Assembly (NCBI GenBank): GCA_965263355.1
Contig: CBDHHL010000055.1
Location: forward strand, 1-13,379
Length of the DNA stretch: 13,379 nt
Direction of reading: 5' to 3'
DNA from: Leptolyngbyaceae cyanobacterium
GTDB lineage: Bacteria > Cyanobacteriota > Cyanobacteriia > Phormidesmidales > Phormidesmidaceae
Both the position numbers and the translations under genes were made by a program. The notes under the pieces were generated by a model. That model worked only from the letters and a program-made list of their open reading frames with translations, searched no databases and was not told the origin of the DNA. This document shows, one piece after another, positions 1 through 9,047 of the stretch; positions within the stretch are counted from its first letter, which is position 1, and every line of letters begins with the position of its first letter.

Positions 1-586
1 TGAGCAATTTGGCAGGCTAGGCTTGTTTTGCCAGCTCCTCCTTCTCCTGTGATAAGCAAGGCTGTTGATTTTTTATCAAAAGCAGTTGCTAATGCTTTAC
101 CTTGGAGTTCCCCAATAAAATTATTGTCAAGATAAATAGGCAACGAAATATGAATTTTTCGCTCTTCTACAGTAGGTAGCCTTAAAAAAGAGGTGTATAC
201 AGTCTGAAAATATTTTGCGGTCCAAGCATTTAGTACCCGATTACGGTATTTGAGTGGCTGTACTAAGCGTAATGGAATTTATAGTTAGTCCAAGGTACAG
301 GAATATCAGCTGAGGGCAACTTAAGTAACCACAGGGGTTTGATCCAAAGGATCCCTAAATAGCTTCCTGTAAGGACTCCTATCAGCAATAAAGAAACTTG
401 ATGATCCTGCCAAAGTTGCTCGACATGATCTTGTAGCGTGATTTGCTGGGAAGAAACATTACTGGATGAAGGGGAGTTAGTTGAGCTAGGTGCTGATTGT
501 ATTGGCTGTGCTAAGACAGGTAATAAAAAGATGCTTGTAAATATCCAAGCAACGACTACACTAGCGAAGTTGGACGGAAACTCCAT
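1..586 (-). pseudogene. Membrane-anchored NACHT/STAND-like P-loop NTPase, 5' part; 1-nt frameshift at about 278-280; continues beyond the left edge
   Basis: ORF 586..263 has a signal-like N-terminus and a TM segment (LLLIGVLTGSYLGILWIKPLWLL). A second minus-strand frame is open from about 278 to 1 (IPLRLVQPLKYRNRVLNAW...LLITGEGGAGKTSLACQIA) and contains a Walker A motif. Adding one A to TATAAATTCCA (giving TAT AAA ATT CCA) joins the two frames. Confidence 0.75.
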
Positions 587-660
587 TATGCAGATCTCAA
601 GTAGGCACTAGATTCAAATTCCAACCTACCAGAAGGTTAGATTCTATTTCTAGCCCTATA

Positions 661-682
661 GGAAATACCTACAAGTATTTCC
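661..682. promoter_or_regulatory. Perfect 8-bp inverted repeat GGAAATAC-N6-GTATTTCC, possible operator upstream of the NACHT-like gene
   Basis: Dyad seen directly about 75 bp upstream of the ATG at 586; function is inferred only. Confidence 0.3.
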
Positions 683-1079
683 AAATTTTATGCTAAAGCA
701 ATTAATCAATGATGCTTTAGCTCATTGATGATAGTGAAAACACAAATTAATTCTCTGTGTCTGATCGCTTAACTGTTATTAATAAAGTTAGGCGAGTTTA
801 TTTGAAGGATAGAGAACAGAATGCTGTTGCTGGGTGGGCTAAATTCATGAAAGATATGCCTATTTACAATAGTGAGCCTGTACCACTTCCCATTGATCAA
901 TTGACCTTGGAGCAAAAGCTTGCACTGCTTGACTGGCATCCCGTGTTCACTGGCCGGTCCCCTAACTGTGAGCACTCAATCTGTCTTCCTAAGACACCTA
1001 TTGCACATTGGGTTGTCAGAACTGTAATTGGATTGATGGCACCCTTGGAAAGTCAAACTCAAAACAAACACAGCCATCA

Positions 1080-2945
1080 TCACTCAACGCTAGAAACAGC
1101 CTGACGTAGACGCTTCATAAAAGGGGATGGCCGATCGCCTGTCATGATAAGCCGGTCTATCGCACGCGTCATGGATACATAGAGCAACCGGGCCTCTGCC
1201 TCAACCTCGCCATGTTGATTCGGCAAATAACCGACCCCAGGGATGAAAACAGTATCAAACTCTAGCCCTTTGCTACTGTGCATCGTAGCGAGTTTAATAC
1301 TGTCCTGAGCCGGGTCATAATGACGGCTTTTGCTATCTCGATTAATCCAGTCCAGTGGGATACTATGCTGCTCAAAGTGCTCTGAGATGGCCTCAGCCAT
1401 GAACTTACTGCGATAGAGAATACCCATATCGTTCCAAGCAACACCTTGGGCATGTAACGCCTGCACTTGAGTGGCCACATAGCTCACCTCTGCACGGAAA
1501 CTCGGAAGCTCAATCAGTATCGGCTTGGGGCCATGCCGACCTGCGGTTTCCGGTTGAACCAAAATCGGGGCATCGTCATCCTCCTCGCCGCGAGCCGTTA
1601 ATAACTCACGCGCAAACTCATAGGCAATGGTGAGGATCTCCTCGGTGTTGCGATAGTTAATCTTCAGGATTTGCGTTCTGCCTTGAGCTTTGATCCCCAC
1701 ACTCTTAAAGCTGAAGGTGCGCTTTTGAGCCTGGCCATAGATGCTTTGGGCATCATCATAGAGCACCAGCAGCGAATCGGTCTCTGGGTCCACCATCTTC
1801 ACGACGAGCTGGTACCATGCTGGCTTGAAATCATGCCCTTCATCCACCAACACCGCACCATATTGTCCTGCTGGAATTCGGCCAGTTTCCACAGCATCAA
1901 GTACATTCTGTATTAGCGCATCCCAATACGCACTTCCTGAATACTGGTTGCGGCTCGGCTTTGGTAGCTTGTATTTCCAGATCACATCACTACACCACCT
2001 ATGGATGTTGCAAACCTTGACCTGCTTGGCAATTCCTGCGGCATGAAGCTTTTGACGCAGCATTGACGCCAGGGCTACGTTGTAGCACAGGACTAAAATA
2101 GGCTTATCAATCTGCTCGGCCAGATGAAGACAGCGATAGGCCAGGATCATTGTTTTGCCTGAGCCAGCCACACCATGAATGATCCGATGGCCTTCTCCAA
2201 GACTACGAGCCAGCTGCTCCTGCTGCAAATCCATCACTCGAATGATGTCTGGAATTGCCACGTCTGTCTCTTCTTCATGACTTGACGCAATGAGATCGCC
2301 AATCCGAATGTGTGGAAAAATATTCCAACGGATACGGTCAATCTGAGTCTTCGTCAGTGGTTCGCCAAAGTGGTACGTACAGAAATTCCACAGCCGTTGC
2401 TGAAAATCAAGCGCATCGACACTGGGGACCATTTCATCCTGACAGATAACCAGATGGGCTGGCATCACCTCTTCTAGCATCGGTTCAAGGCTATAGGCAT
2501 GTTCCAGGGCCTTACGCTTGATGTTAGGGAATACTACGCCGTAACTGTAAGGACATGTGAGCTTTCCAGTATAGGGACCATCAATCTGGACCAGCATTGG
2601 ATCGCGCTGTAGTTGGTTTGCGATCGCGAACGCATAGTCTCGCGCTTGCTCTAAGGGATGCTTGAACGCTTTGTCCCCTTCTGAGGTTCTTACAATAAAG
2701 CTATCAGATGTTATCTCCTGAATTGCATCCAGGCTCCAATCTTTGACCTCTAGAATGATGATGCCTCGAAGCGGGTGAATCAGGATGAAATCAGGATGGA
2801 GTCGTTTATAGCCAACAGGCACGTTGTACCAAAGTAGGTAGTCATCTTCCAGCTTTTCCTGGAGACGTTCAGCGAGTCTACGTTCTCCCGATGTCATCAA
2901 TTGGGAACAACTTGCAAAGGCAGGGATTAGAACGGCATGTCCCAT
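1080..2945 (-). CDS. NERD nuclease domain plus UvrD/Rep-like superfamily 1 helicase
   Basis: N-terminal PD-(D/E)xK-type NERD motif (HPDFILIHPLRGIIILEVKDW). SF1 motifs: I GVAGSGKT, II VLVDEGHD, III LYDDAQSIY, IV LKINYRNT, V TMHSSKGLEFD, VI EARLLYVSMTRA. ATG at 2945 preferred over the GTG at 2951. Confidence 0.92.
   Translation of the reverse strand: MGHAVLIPAFASCSQLMTSGERRLAERLQEKLEDDYLLWYNVPVGYKRLHPDFILIHPLRGIIILEVKDWSLDAIQEITSDSFIVRTSEGDKAFKHPLEQARDYAFAIANQLQRDPMLVQIDGPYTGKLTCPYSYGVVFPNIKRKALEHAYSLEPMLEEVMPAHLVICQDEMVPSVDALDFQQRLWNFCTYHFGEPLTKTQIDRIRWNIFPHIRIGDLIASSHEEETDVAIPDIIRVMDLQQEQLARSLGEGHRIIHGVAGSGKTMILAYRCLHLAEQIDKPILVLCYNVALASMLRQKLHAAGIAKQVKVCNIHRWCSDVIWKYKLPKPSRNQYSGSAYWDALIQNVLDAVETGRIPAGQYGAVLVDEGHDFKPAWYQLVVKMVDPETDSLLVLYDDAQSIYGQAQKRTFSFKSVGIKAQGRTQILKINYRNTEEILTIAYEFARELLTARGEEDDDAPILVQPETAGRHGPKPILIELPSFRAEVSYVATQVQALHAQGVAWNDMGILYRSKFMAEAISEHFEQHSIPLDWINRDSKSRHYDPAQDSIKLATMHSSKGLEFDTVFIPGVGYLPNQHGEVEAEARLLYVSMTRAIDRLIMTGDRPSPFMKRLRQAVSSVE
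2620..2627. repeat. HIP1 octamer GCGATCGC (further copies at 7795-7802 and 8689-8696)
   Basis: Exact matches to the cyanobacterial highly iterated palindrome 1. Confidence 0.7.
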
Positions 2946-3056
2946 ACACACTGAAGAGTAACTCTACCGATGAATCATGAGCTAGCTAACCTGCCATACT
3001 TCATGATTTACGATCAGAGTAACATACACAGCATCACAGCCCTACTACAAGGGATA

Positions 3057-3090
3057 GAAATAGCACTAATCGGGCGATTAGTGCTATTTC
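3057..3090. repeat. Perfect 16-bp inverted repeat with a 2-nt spacer in the divergent intergenic region
   Basis: GAAATAGCACTAATCG-GG-CGATTAGTGCTATTTC. Confidence 0.9.
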
Positions 3091-3343
3091 AGGCTTGAAG
3101 CGTTGATATTTCAGAGGTAACCTGACTGAGCGCATAACCGCAATAATGGACTACCAAATCATCCAAACGTCTACATCAAGTTCTTCAATAAATTGTGGTA
3201 CCAGGCTTAATAATCCATCGTAAGAATTTTTATTTTGTGAAAGCTAAATAGTCTGAACTAAATACATTGGGATATATTACTTACGTACGTTTACGCATCT
3301 TTGTCATACACTCAGCAGACAGTCCTTATTACAGGGAGTTTCT

Positions 3344-4009
3344 ATGCTTAAAGTCAGTTTTAAGGCACTTGTAGCAATTGCCCCCTTAATTACAGCTCTT
3401 GCTGCACTCGCTGCAGCCATCCTAGGAGAAGATGGCATATCGTCTCTTCTTAAATTAAGCCAATCAGATGACGATCAGCAGCAATCAACACCTAAAGTTA
3501 TCCCTAACTCTGTCGCTTTCTATTGCGATGAATCCATAGGTGGTCTTTCTACAACTGTCTCCAACTCATCCAAAGATCAACCAATAGCAGTAATCAACTG
3601 GGATATTAATAACGATTATTTTGGTGATAACTGGCCGCCTCAAAAAAGGTGCCAAGTTGTTTCAGAGCGTTTTCAAGCTGTGCATGAGCGAGATCAACTT
3701 GCGTATTTAACAGCAGATATGGCCAACTGGTTAGAAGGACAAGATATTTTTGTTGTTTGCGGTGTTAAGCAACAAGGAGCAAGCTGCCAAGAGAGTGATC
3801 TACTATTCACATTGCAAACAGGAGATGATCCAAATGAAATTCTTGGAGACTTGATAGCAATTAGACAAGCACCAAGTACCAATAAACCTCTACTCAGGGG
3901 AGAGAACAGCTCCTTTAAAGATGGATTACGTGTTTACTATGAGCTGAAAGAAATTGTCGCTTCATCAACACAACCGCCTAATAAGGATACAGAGAATCCA
4001 GCTTTTTAA
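3344..4009 (+). CDS. COP23 (circadian oscillating protein 23) domain-containing exported or membrane-anchored protein
   Basis: Hydrophobic N-terminus and the COP23 pattern FYC...VINW...WPPQKRCQVVSERFQ...VVC...C...LLFTL...DPNEIL with four Cys. AGGGAG RBS-like sequence at 3333-3338. Confidence 0.88.
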   Translation: MLKVSFKALVAIAPLITALAALAAAILGEDGISSLLKLSQSDDDQQQSTPKVIPNSVAFYCDESIGGLSTTVSNSSKDQPIAVINWDINNDYFGDNWPPQKRCQVVSERFQAVHERDQLAYLTADMANWLEGQDIFVVCGVKQQGASCQESDLLFTLQTGDDPNEILGDLIAIRQAPSTNKPLLRGENSSFKDGLRVYYELKEIVASSTQPPNKDTENPAF

Positions 4010-4059
4010 GGTTTTCAGAACTAGATAGAAACCGTCCGCCTTCTCTCTTTCTAAGAAAC

Positions 4060-7000
4060 ATGCTCCTTAATTCTCGCCACAGAGCTTTCAAACTCGTCTC
4101 GACGCTTGTGATAGCAGCATCTATTCTATTGACAATACAACTCAGCTCTATTGAGCAGTTAACGGCAAGTAGTGGACAGAATATACCTGACAAACAGGCT
4201 CTATATCCTGAGATATCAGCGATAGAAGAAAATATAAAACAAATGGAATCTGGAAGAAAACCTAGCTTTGAACTTCGTTTATCCTACCAGAGACTTGGCG
4301 AACTTTACTATAAGACCCAAAATTATGAGCAGTCATTAGCAAGTTATCAAAAAGTATTCGGAATAACTTTAGATGAAGCACTACGCAGAAAGGGAGCTTC
4401 TGAGTCGTTAAATGCTGAGAAAGAGTCTCAGGTTATTAAAGACCTAGAGGAAAACTTAATTCAGCCAAACTTAAGAGCAGCAATAGGTCGTAACTTAATC
4501 CAACTCGGGCGATATGATGAAGCTAAGCAAATATTATCTAAGGCTCTTCAACATATTGAGTTTCAATTTGAAGCACAGGAAAATACAAGAAGCATTGAGT
4601 CTCAAAGTATACCAAGTAGTGGAAAATATAATGCAATCGAAGAAAATAGAACGGTATATGAAGAGCTACAAGAACTGGCTATTGTAAACGGAGACTACGA
4701 GGGTGCATTAGAACTTTCTGATCGAAGCCGTGCATTAGAATTAATGGTTTTGTGGGAATCTGCAAAGGATAACTCATCCTCTTTCAAGATCAATAACTTT
4801 GATATAAAATCAATCAAAAACCTGGCTCGTGAAGAAAACTCTGTACTGGTTGAATATAGCTTTATTGGAAGCAACTTTTTGTTTATCTTTGTTGTCAGAC
4901 CAGATGGAAAACTGTTTTTCAGGAAAGTAGCCCTTGACTCATTTCCAGATAGGATTGAATATTCTGGTAGTCCTCTTCAGCTACAAGCAAACAGATACAG
5001 AAACTACGTTTCGATAGTTGCTGTATTGATTGTTGCAGTAATAGCTATATTATTTATATATCGCTCTGTTAGTGGACGAAAAAGAAGCTTATACCTTTTC
5101 ACTACATTGGCATCTATTGTAATTGGTGTCATTCTTCTAGCATCATTTGATAATCTACTTTCTGAAAAATCAGTTATTACTACAGATAAAGATGTTGAAT
5201 ATATAGGTAAAGAGCATCGTCAACCATTTGAGGTTTCATATCTAACACAACCTTTATCGATAAGGTCTGTATCTGGGCTATCAAGTACAACATTAACCGC
5301 TCTTAGAGGTTCGAATGATAAAATCACAAGAGAGGGAGAAGATTACGGTTGGCCTACAGATGAAGGCCTTAAAAAGTATTATAGTTTACTTATTAAACCT
5401 ATAGAGGATTTACTGCCAAAAAACTCTCGGAAAAGTGTTGTTTTTATACCTGATAAAAATATACTAACTGCTCCTTTTGCAGCTTTTAGAGCCTCTGACA
5501 ACAGCTATCTAATTGATAAATATCCAATTCGGATATTTTCTTCCTTACAAGCACTATCAACATTACGAGCGCAATCACAAAAGGTCAAAAGTTCTAACCA
5601 AGAGGCTCTTATTGTTGGTAACCCTACAATGCCTGAGGTATCAGTAGTAAACCCTGACAATCAAAATATTCCTATTGAGCAACAAGTAAAGCAACCGCTA
5701 GAAAAACTATCTGACCTTCCTGGAACTGAATACGAAGCGACTCAAATTGCTTCTCTTTTCAAGACTAAACCATTACTTGGAGACGAGGCAACTGAAGAAG
5801 CAGTTCTCAGTAAAATGCCCGATGCAAAGTTTATACACATAGCAACTCATGGGATTTTAGATGCACAAATTACACTTAAAAGTCTTGATACCCTTTTGAG
5901 TAGTACTAATAGCGACTTTTTACAAAGCCATGAGGTCGAAAGTCTTTTAAGGGAAGGCGTTGATGTTATAGCGCTTAAACCAACGCCTTCCGAAGATGGT
6001 TTGTTAAGCGAAATAGAAATTTATGATAAGAGAAAGGAGATTAGTGCAGAACTAGTAGTACTCAGTGCTTGTGATACTGGACTAGGAGAGGTAACAAATG
6101 ACGGGGTTATAGGTCTTGCTAGACCATTCCTTTCAGCAGGCGTCCCGAGCGTCATCGTATCCCTTTGGAAGTTGCCTGATGCTCCGAGTGCAAAGTTAAT
6201 GATTGAGTTCTATAAAAGGCTCCGAGAAGGTGAGCTTGATAAGGCTAAGGCTTTACGGCAAGCTATACTTGCTACTAAGGAAGAGTATCCTGATCCCAGT
6301 TCTTGGGGAGGATTTATACAACTTGGTGAGGCAGCTCCACCCCAAATTGTCAAGAAACTCGCTAACTCCGAGACTTCCGAGGCACTTATGCCAAAAACTC
6401 TAAGCGATGAGCTATTGAGAAACATGAAAATTTCAGGAAAAACAGTTGGCAGAGAGAATATCAAGCTTAATAACGGGAGATATTTTGAGAGCTTTAGTCC
6501 AGGGAACTTTAATGTTAGTGATGGCCTCATACACTATGCCTTGACAGATATTATCGAACGGACTGATCTTAATGATGATGGTTGGGAAGATGCCTTAATC
6601 ATATACAGCTTGAATGGAGGTGGTACTGGTACTTTCTTTACCCTGTCCGCAGTCATTAATGAAAATGGTTCACCTGTAGAGGTTAGTACTGCTCCTCTAA
6701 ACGGCGATACGTTTGCTCACGTCGATGTCAACCAGAATGGCGAGATTTTAGTTAGGCATAGTGTTTGGGCTAACGGAAACTCTTACATAGACGAACAGAA
6801 GTTTTTGTTTGATGTAGATAACAACTTCCTTCGAGAAGAAGCTGCTTTAAACGCTACAGTTGTTGGCAGTACTGGAACTAATCTTAAAAATGTTCGAGAA
6901 TGGACATCATCTGATTCTAATGTGCTTTTTGAGCTTCCGGTTGGTGCTCGAGTTGAAGTTAGAGGTAATCGAAGAGATTTAGAGGAATATCTGTGGTATT

Positions 7001-7068
7001 TCATTTATAGCCCTGACACCGGAGAAACTGGATGGATTGCAGGCCACCTCATTGAACTTGATCAATGA
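4060..7068 (+). CDS. TPR-CHAT domain (caspase-like, clan CD) protease with an internal TM hairpin, a DxNxDG motif region and a C-terminal SH3b-like domain
   Basis: TPR-like helices (SYQRLGELYYKTQNYEQSLASYQK; AIGRNLIQLGRYDEAKQILSKAL). CHAT motifs LIVGNPTMP, LPGTEYEA, HIATHG (His597), LVVLSACDTG (Cys671), VSLW and WGGF. Two hydrophobic segments at aa 317-334 and 344-363. DLNDDGWEDA at aa 836. SH3b-like ending NVR...W...TGWIAGHLI. Confidence 0.92.
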   Translation: MLLNSRHRAFKLVSTLVIAASILLTIQLSSIEQLTASSGQNIPDKQALYPEISAIEENIKQMESGRKPSFELRLSYQRLGELYYKTQNYEQSLASYQKVFGITLDEALRRKGASESLNAEKESQVIKDLEENLIQPNLRAAIGRNLIQLGRYDEAKQILSKALQHIEFQFEAQENTRSIESQSIPSSGKYNAIEENRTVYEELQELAIVNGDYEGALELSDRSRALELMVLWESAKDNSSSFKINNFDIKSIKNLAREENSVLVEYSFIGSNFLFIFVVRPDGKLFFRKVALDSFPDRIEYSGSPLQLQANRYRNYVSIVAVLIVAVIAILFIYRSVSGRKRSLYLFTTLASIVIGVILLASFDNLLSEKSVITTDKDVEYIGKEHRQPFEVSYLTQPLSIRSVSGLSSTTLTALRGSNDKITREGEDYGWPTDEGLKKYYSLLIKPIEDLLPKNSRKSVVFIPDKNILTAPFAAFRASDNSYLIDKYPIRIFSSLQALSTLRAQSQKVKSSNQEALIVGNPTMPEVSVVNPDNQNIPIEQQVKQPLEKLSDLPGTEYEATQIASLFKTKPLLGDEATEEAVLSKMPDAKFIHIATHGILDAQITLKSLDTLLSSTNSDFLQSHEVESLLREGVDVIALKPTPSEDGLLSEIEIYDKRKEISAELVVLSACDTGLGEVTNDGVIGLARPFLSAGVPSVIVSLWKLPDAPSAKLMIEFYKRLREGELDKAKALRQAILATKEEYPDPSSWGGFIQLGEAAPPQIVKKLANSETSEALMPKTLSDELLRNMKISGKTVGRENIKLNNGRYFESFSPGNFNVSDGLIHYALTDIIERTDLNDDGWEDALIIYSLNGGGTGTFFTLSAVINENGSPVEVSTAPLNGDTFAHVDVNQNGEILVRHSVWANGNSYIDEQKFLFDVDNNFLREEAALNATVVGSTGTNLKNVREWTSSDSNVLFELPVGARVEVRGNRRDLEEYLWYFIYSPDTGETGWIAGHLIELDQ

Positions 7069-7157
7069 TCAATAGGCTATCAAAGTATTTCACTTGTAAA
7101 CTCACCAACATCAAACAGCCTCCAACACTCAAGAAATACTGCTTGATTAACCTCGAC

Positions 7158-8751
7158 CTACAGCAACTTTAATTGCGTCGGTTGGGTAGCACTCAGCAGA
7201 TCGGGATCGGCGACCTTAAGCACATCCGCTCGCATTTCCTCAACCAACGTACAGTAATAATGACTGTCATACGGGCCACTGCTAACTTTGACCTTATTCG
7301 GTCCCTCATAGAATGTCACGATGTCGCCTTCGTGTCCCAAAGCAAGCAAAGCTTTTTCACCTCGACGAATCTTGCGAGTCACACTGAGTTGGCTTATCGG
7401 ATATTGCCCGGAGCGCAGCTGTACTAAGGTCTTTTGATGATGAGCCTCGGCCATCTCTGGAGCCTGTAAAAACAGCTGGATATAGGTAGCCTGATAAGTA
7501 CGCTCCAACTCACTACGGTCCCGACTTCGAAACCGTCCAGCAGATTTCACCTGACCATCGGCAAAGAACACCAGATAGTTTTTACTCAGCCCCGTTTTCC
7601 CATCCTGGGCAGCCGGAATAAACGCTGCTGCCGCTTGAAACTCGTGCTCAACGTTTATCCCATCAGGTAATGCCGCTTGCACCGCTTGAAAGATACACTC
7701 ATTCTCACCAGACGGCGCGCTAAAGAGCACACCATCGGTATCGACTTCAGCTACTGTACCGCCAGCCTGCTCAATCGTTGTCATCATGAGGCGTGCGATC
7801 GCACGCCCGTAAGCCGTCACTAAGGCAGCTGCTTCATAATCGTTGTAGCCAACGCCAGGGGTGCCCAGAAACCCATACAAGGAGTTGATCATGATTTTCG
7901 AGGCTTTCTGCTTTTGATGGGCCGCTCGATCACCCTGTTTAGCCAGGGCCTTCAAGCGGAGTCTTTCCGTTAGGCGACTGGCCAGAATGCTCAGCATCTT
8001 ACCTTCGGGGTCTTTTCGCGAGCAGATACCATACCGCAGCATGATAGAGGGATAAAGCGAACTGACATCGACTTTAGACACATTACGGAAAAGCCCTGCT
8101 ACACCCAAGGTGAGCCCACCCTCAAACTCAACGACATCATCGGTTGCGGGGACTGGCTGGTCTGGATACTGGTCTTCTAAAATCCGCTGCCATTTAGTGC
8201 CATTGCCATTGACCGCCAGGGTCTGCACACTCATGCCAGGAATAAATTCTTGCTGATAGTAGATGCTAGGAACCAGATAATCAGCCAACCGTTCGGTATC
8301 CTCCAAGTCGTATTCCAAATACTCAAGAATCGACTCGGTTTGCCCCTTGGCCCATAGATCACAGATTTCCAGATAGGACAGGTCAAGCCTAGGCATATCC
8401 CGAACACCCATTTGCAGAGCAGCCTGTTTGAGGGTGTAGCGAGTCAGATGTCGGGCTGAGAAGTCATTGATGAGCACCTGGTGATACACATCCACCAGGT
8501 CCATACCCTTGGCATAAATCGGATGATACCTGACAGCTTTCCCGTTAATACGGGCTGCTCCAATCCGTTTCTCACGGCCACTGACCGTAAACGGATGAGG
8601 GATTTTATGAATGCGGCAGCGCTCGATGATAAATGGCAGGTCAAAAGCCAGGTGGTTATAGCCCAACAAAAGCTTTGGCTGTTTCTTTGCGATCGCGGCC
8701 AGTGCCTGACGCAAAATCCAGCCTTCGTCCTGATAAGTAATTTTGTATGAA
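7158..8751 (-). pseudogene. polB: Family B DNA polymerase, 3' fragment (ExoII, ExoIII and polymerase domain); gene interrupted by an IS
   Basis: ExoII GYNHLAFDLPFI, ExoIII YLEYDLEDT, linker FEGG, motif A DVSSLYPSIM, motif B KIMINSLYGFLG, motif C VDTDGV, C-terminal QLKLL. The frame is open up to the IS boundary (YKITYQDEGWILRQAL). Confidence 0.92.
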
Positions 8752-8767
8752 CACGGATTTTCATGTT
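8752..8767 (+). repeat. Left terminal inverted repeat of the IS
   Basis: Exact reverse complement of 10822-10837. Confidence 0.95.
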
Positions 8768-9047
8768 AGGTAATCCACCCTAAATCTACCCAGGATGTAA
8801 AAATAGTTAATGGGTAAAAAGTTTAGCTAGCTTGGGCTTGACTGCCTTCAAGAAAGTTTACACAGGTCAATTCTTAGGGAATATTGCTGTAAAGTGCAAC
8901 GTTCTATGAACCCCTATTTGAGCATCAAGTGGTGAGCTACCCCTCCCAATCCCTGATTTAATGGTCGTTTTCAGCATCAGCTCCCTGACGAGGGGGCAAA
9001 TAAGCAGATTTTAGAATTGCTTTAATTATGAAAATGCCCCCTAATTC

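Noticed and set aside
757..1104. 115-aa plus-strand ORF and the overlapping 769..975 minus ORF as real genes
   Set aside because: GTG start without a clear RBS, no coherent domain, and overlap with the helicase 3' end; at best gene debris.
1262..2046. Short ORFs inside the helicase gene (1262-1480, 1671-1916, 1825-2046)
   Set aside because: Alternate-frame or antisense shadows of a well-supported gene.
3694..7004. Short ORFs overlapping COP23 and CHAT (3694-3882, 3978-4193, 6203-6403, 6210-6530, 6783-7004)
   Set aside because: Shadow ORFs with no motifs.
7158..8714. The 518-aa TTG-started ORF as a stand-alone proofreading-deficient mutator polymerase
   Set aside because: It is the remainder of the IS-split gene. 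An in-frame TAA lies just inside the IS end, the IS-derived ATG at 8764 is out of frame, and no convincing RBS precedes the TTG.
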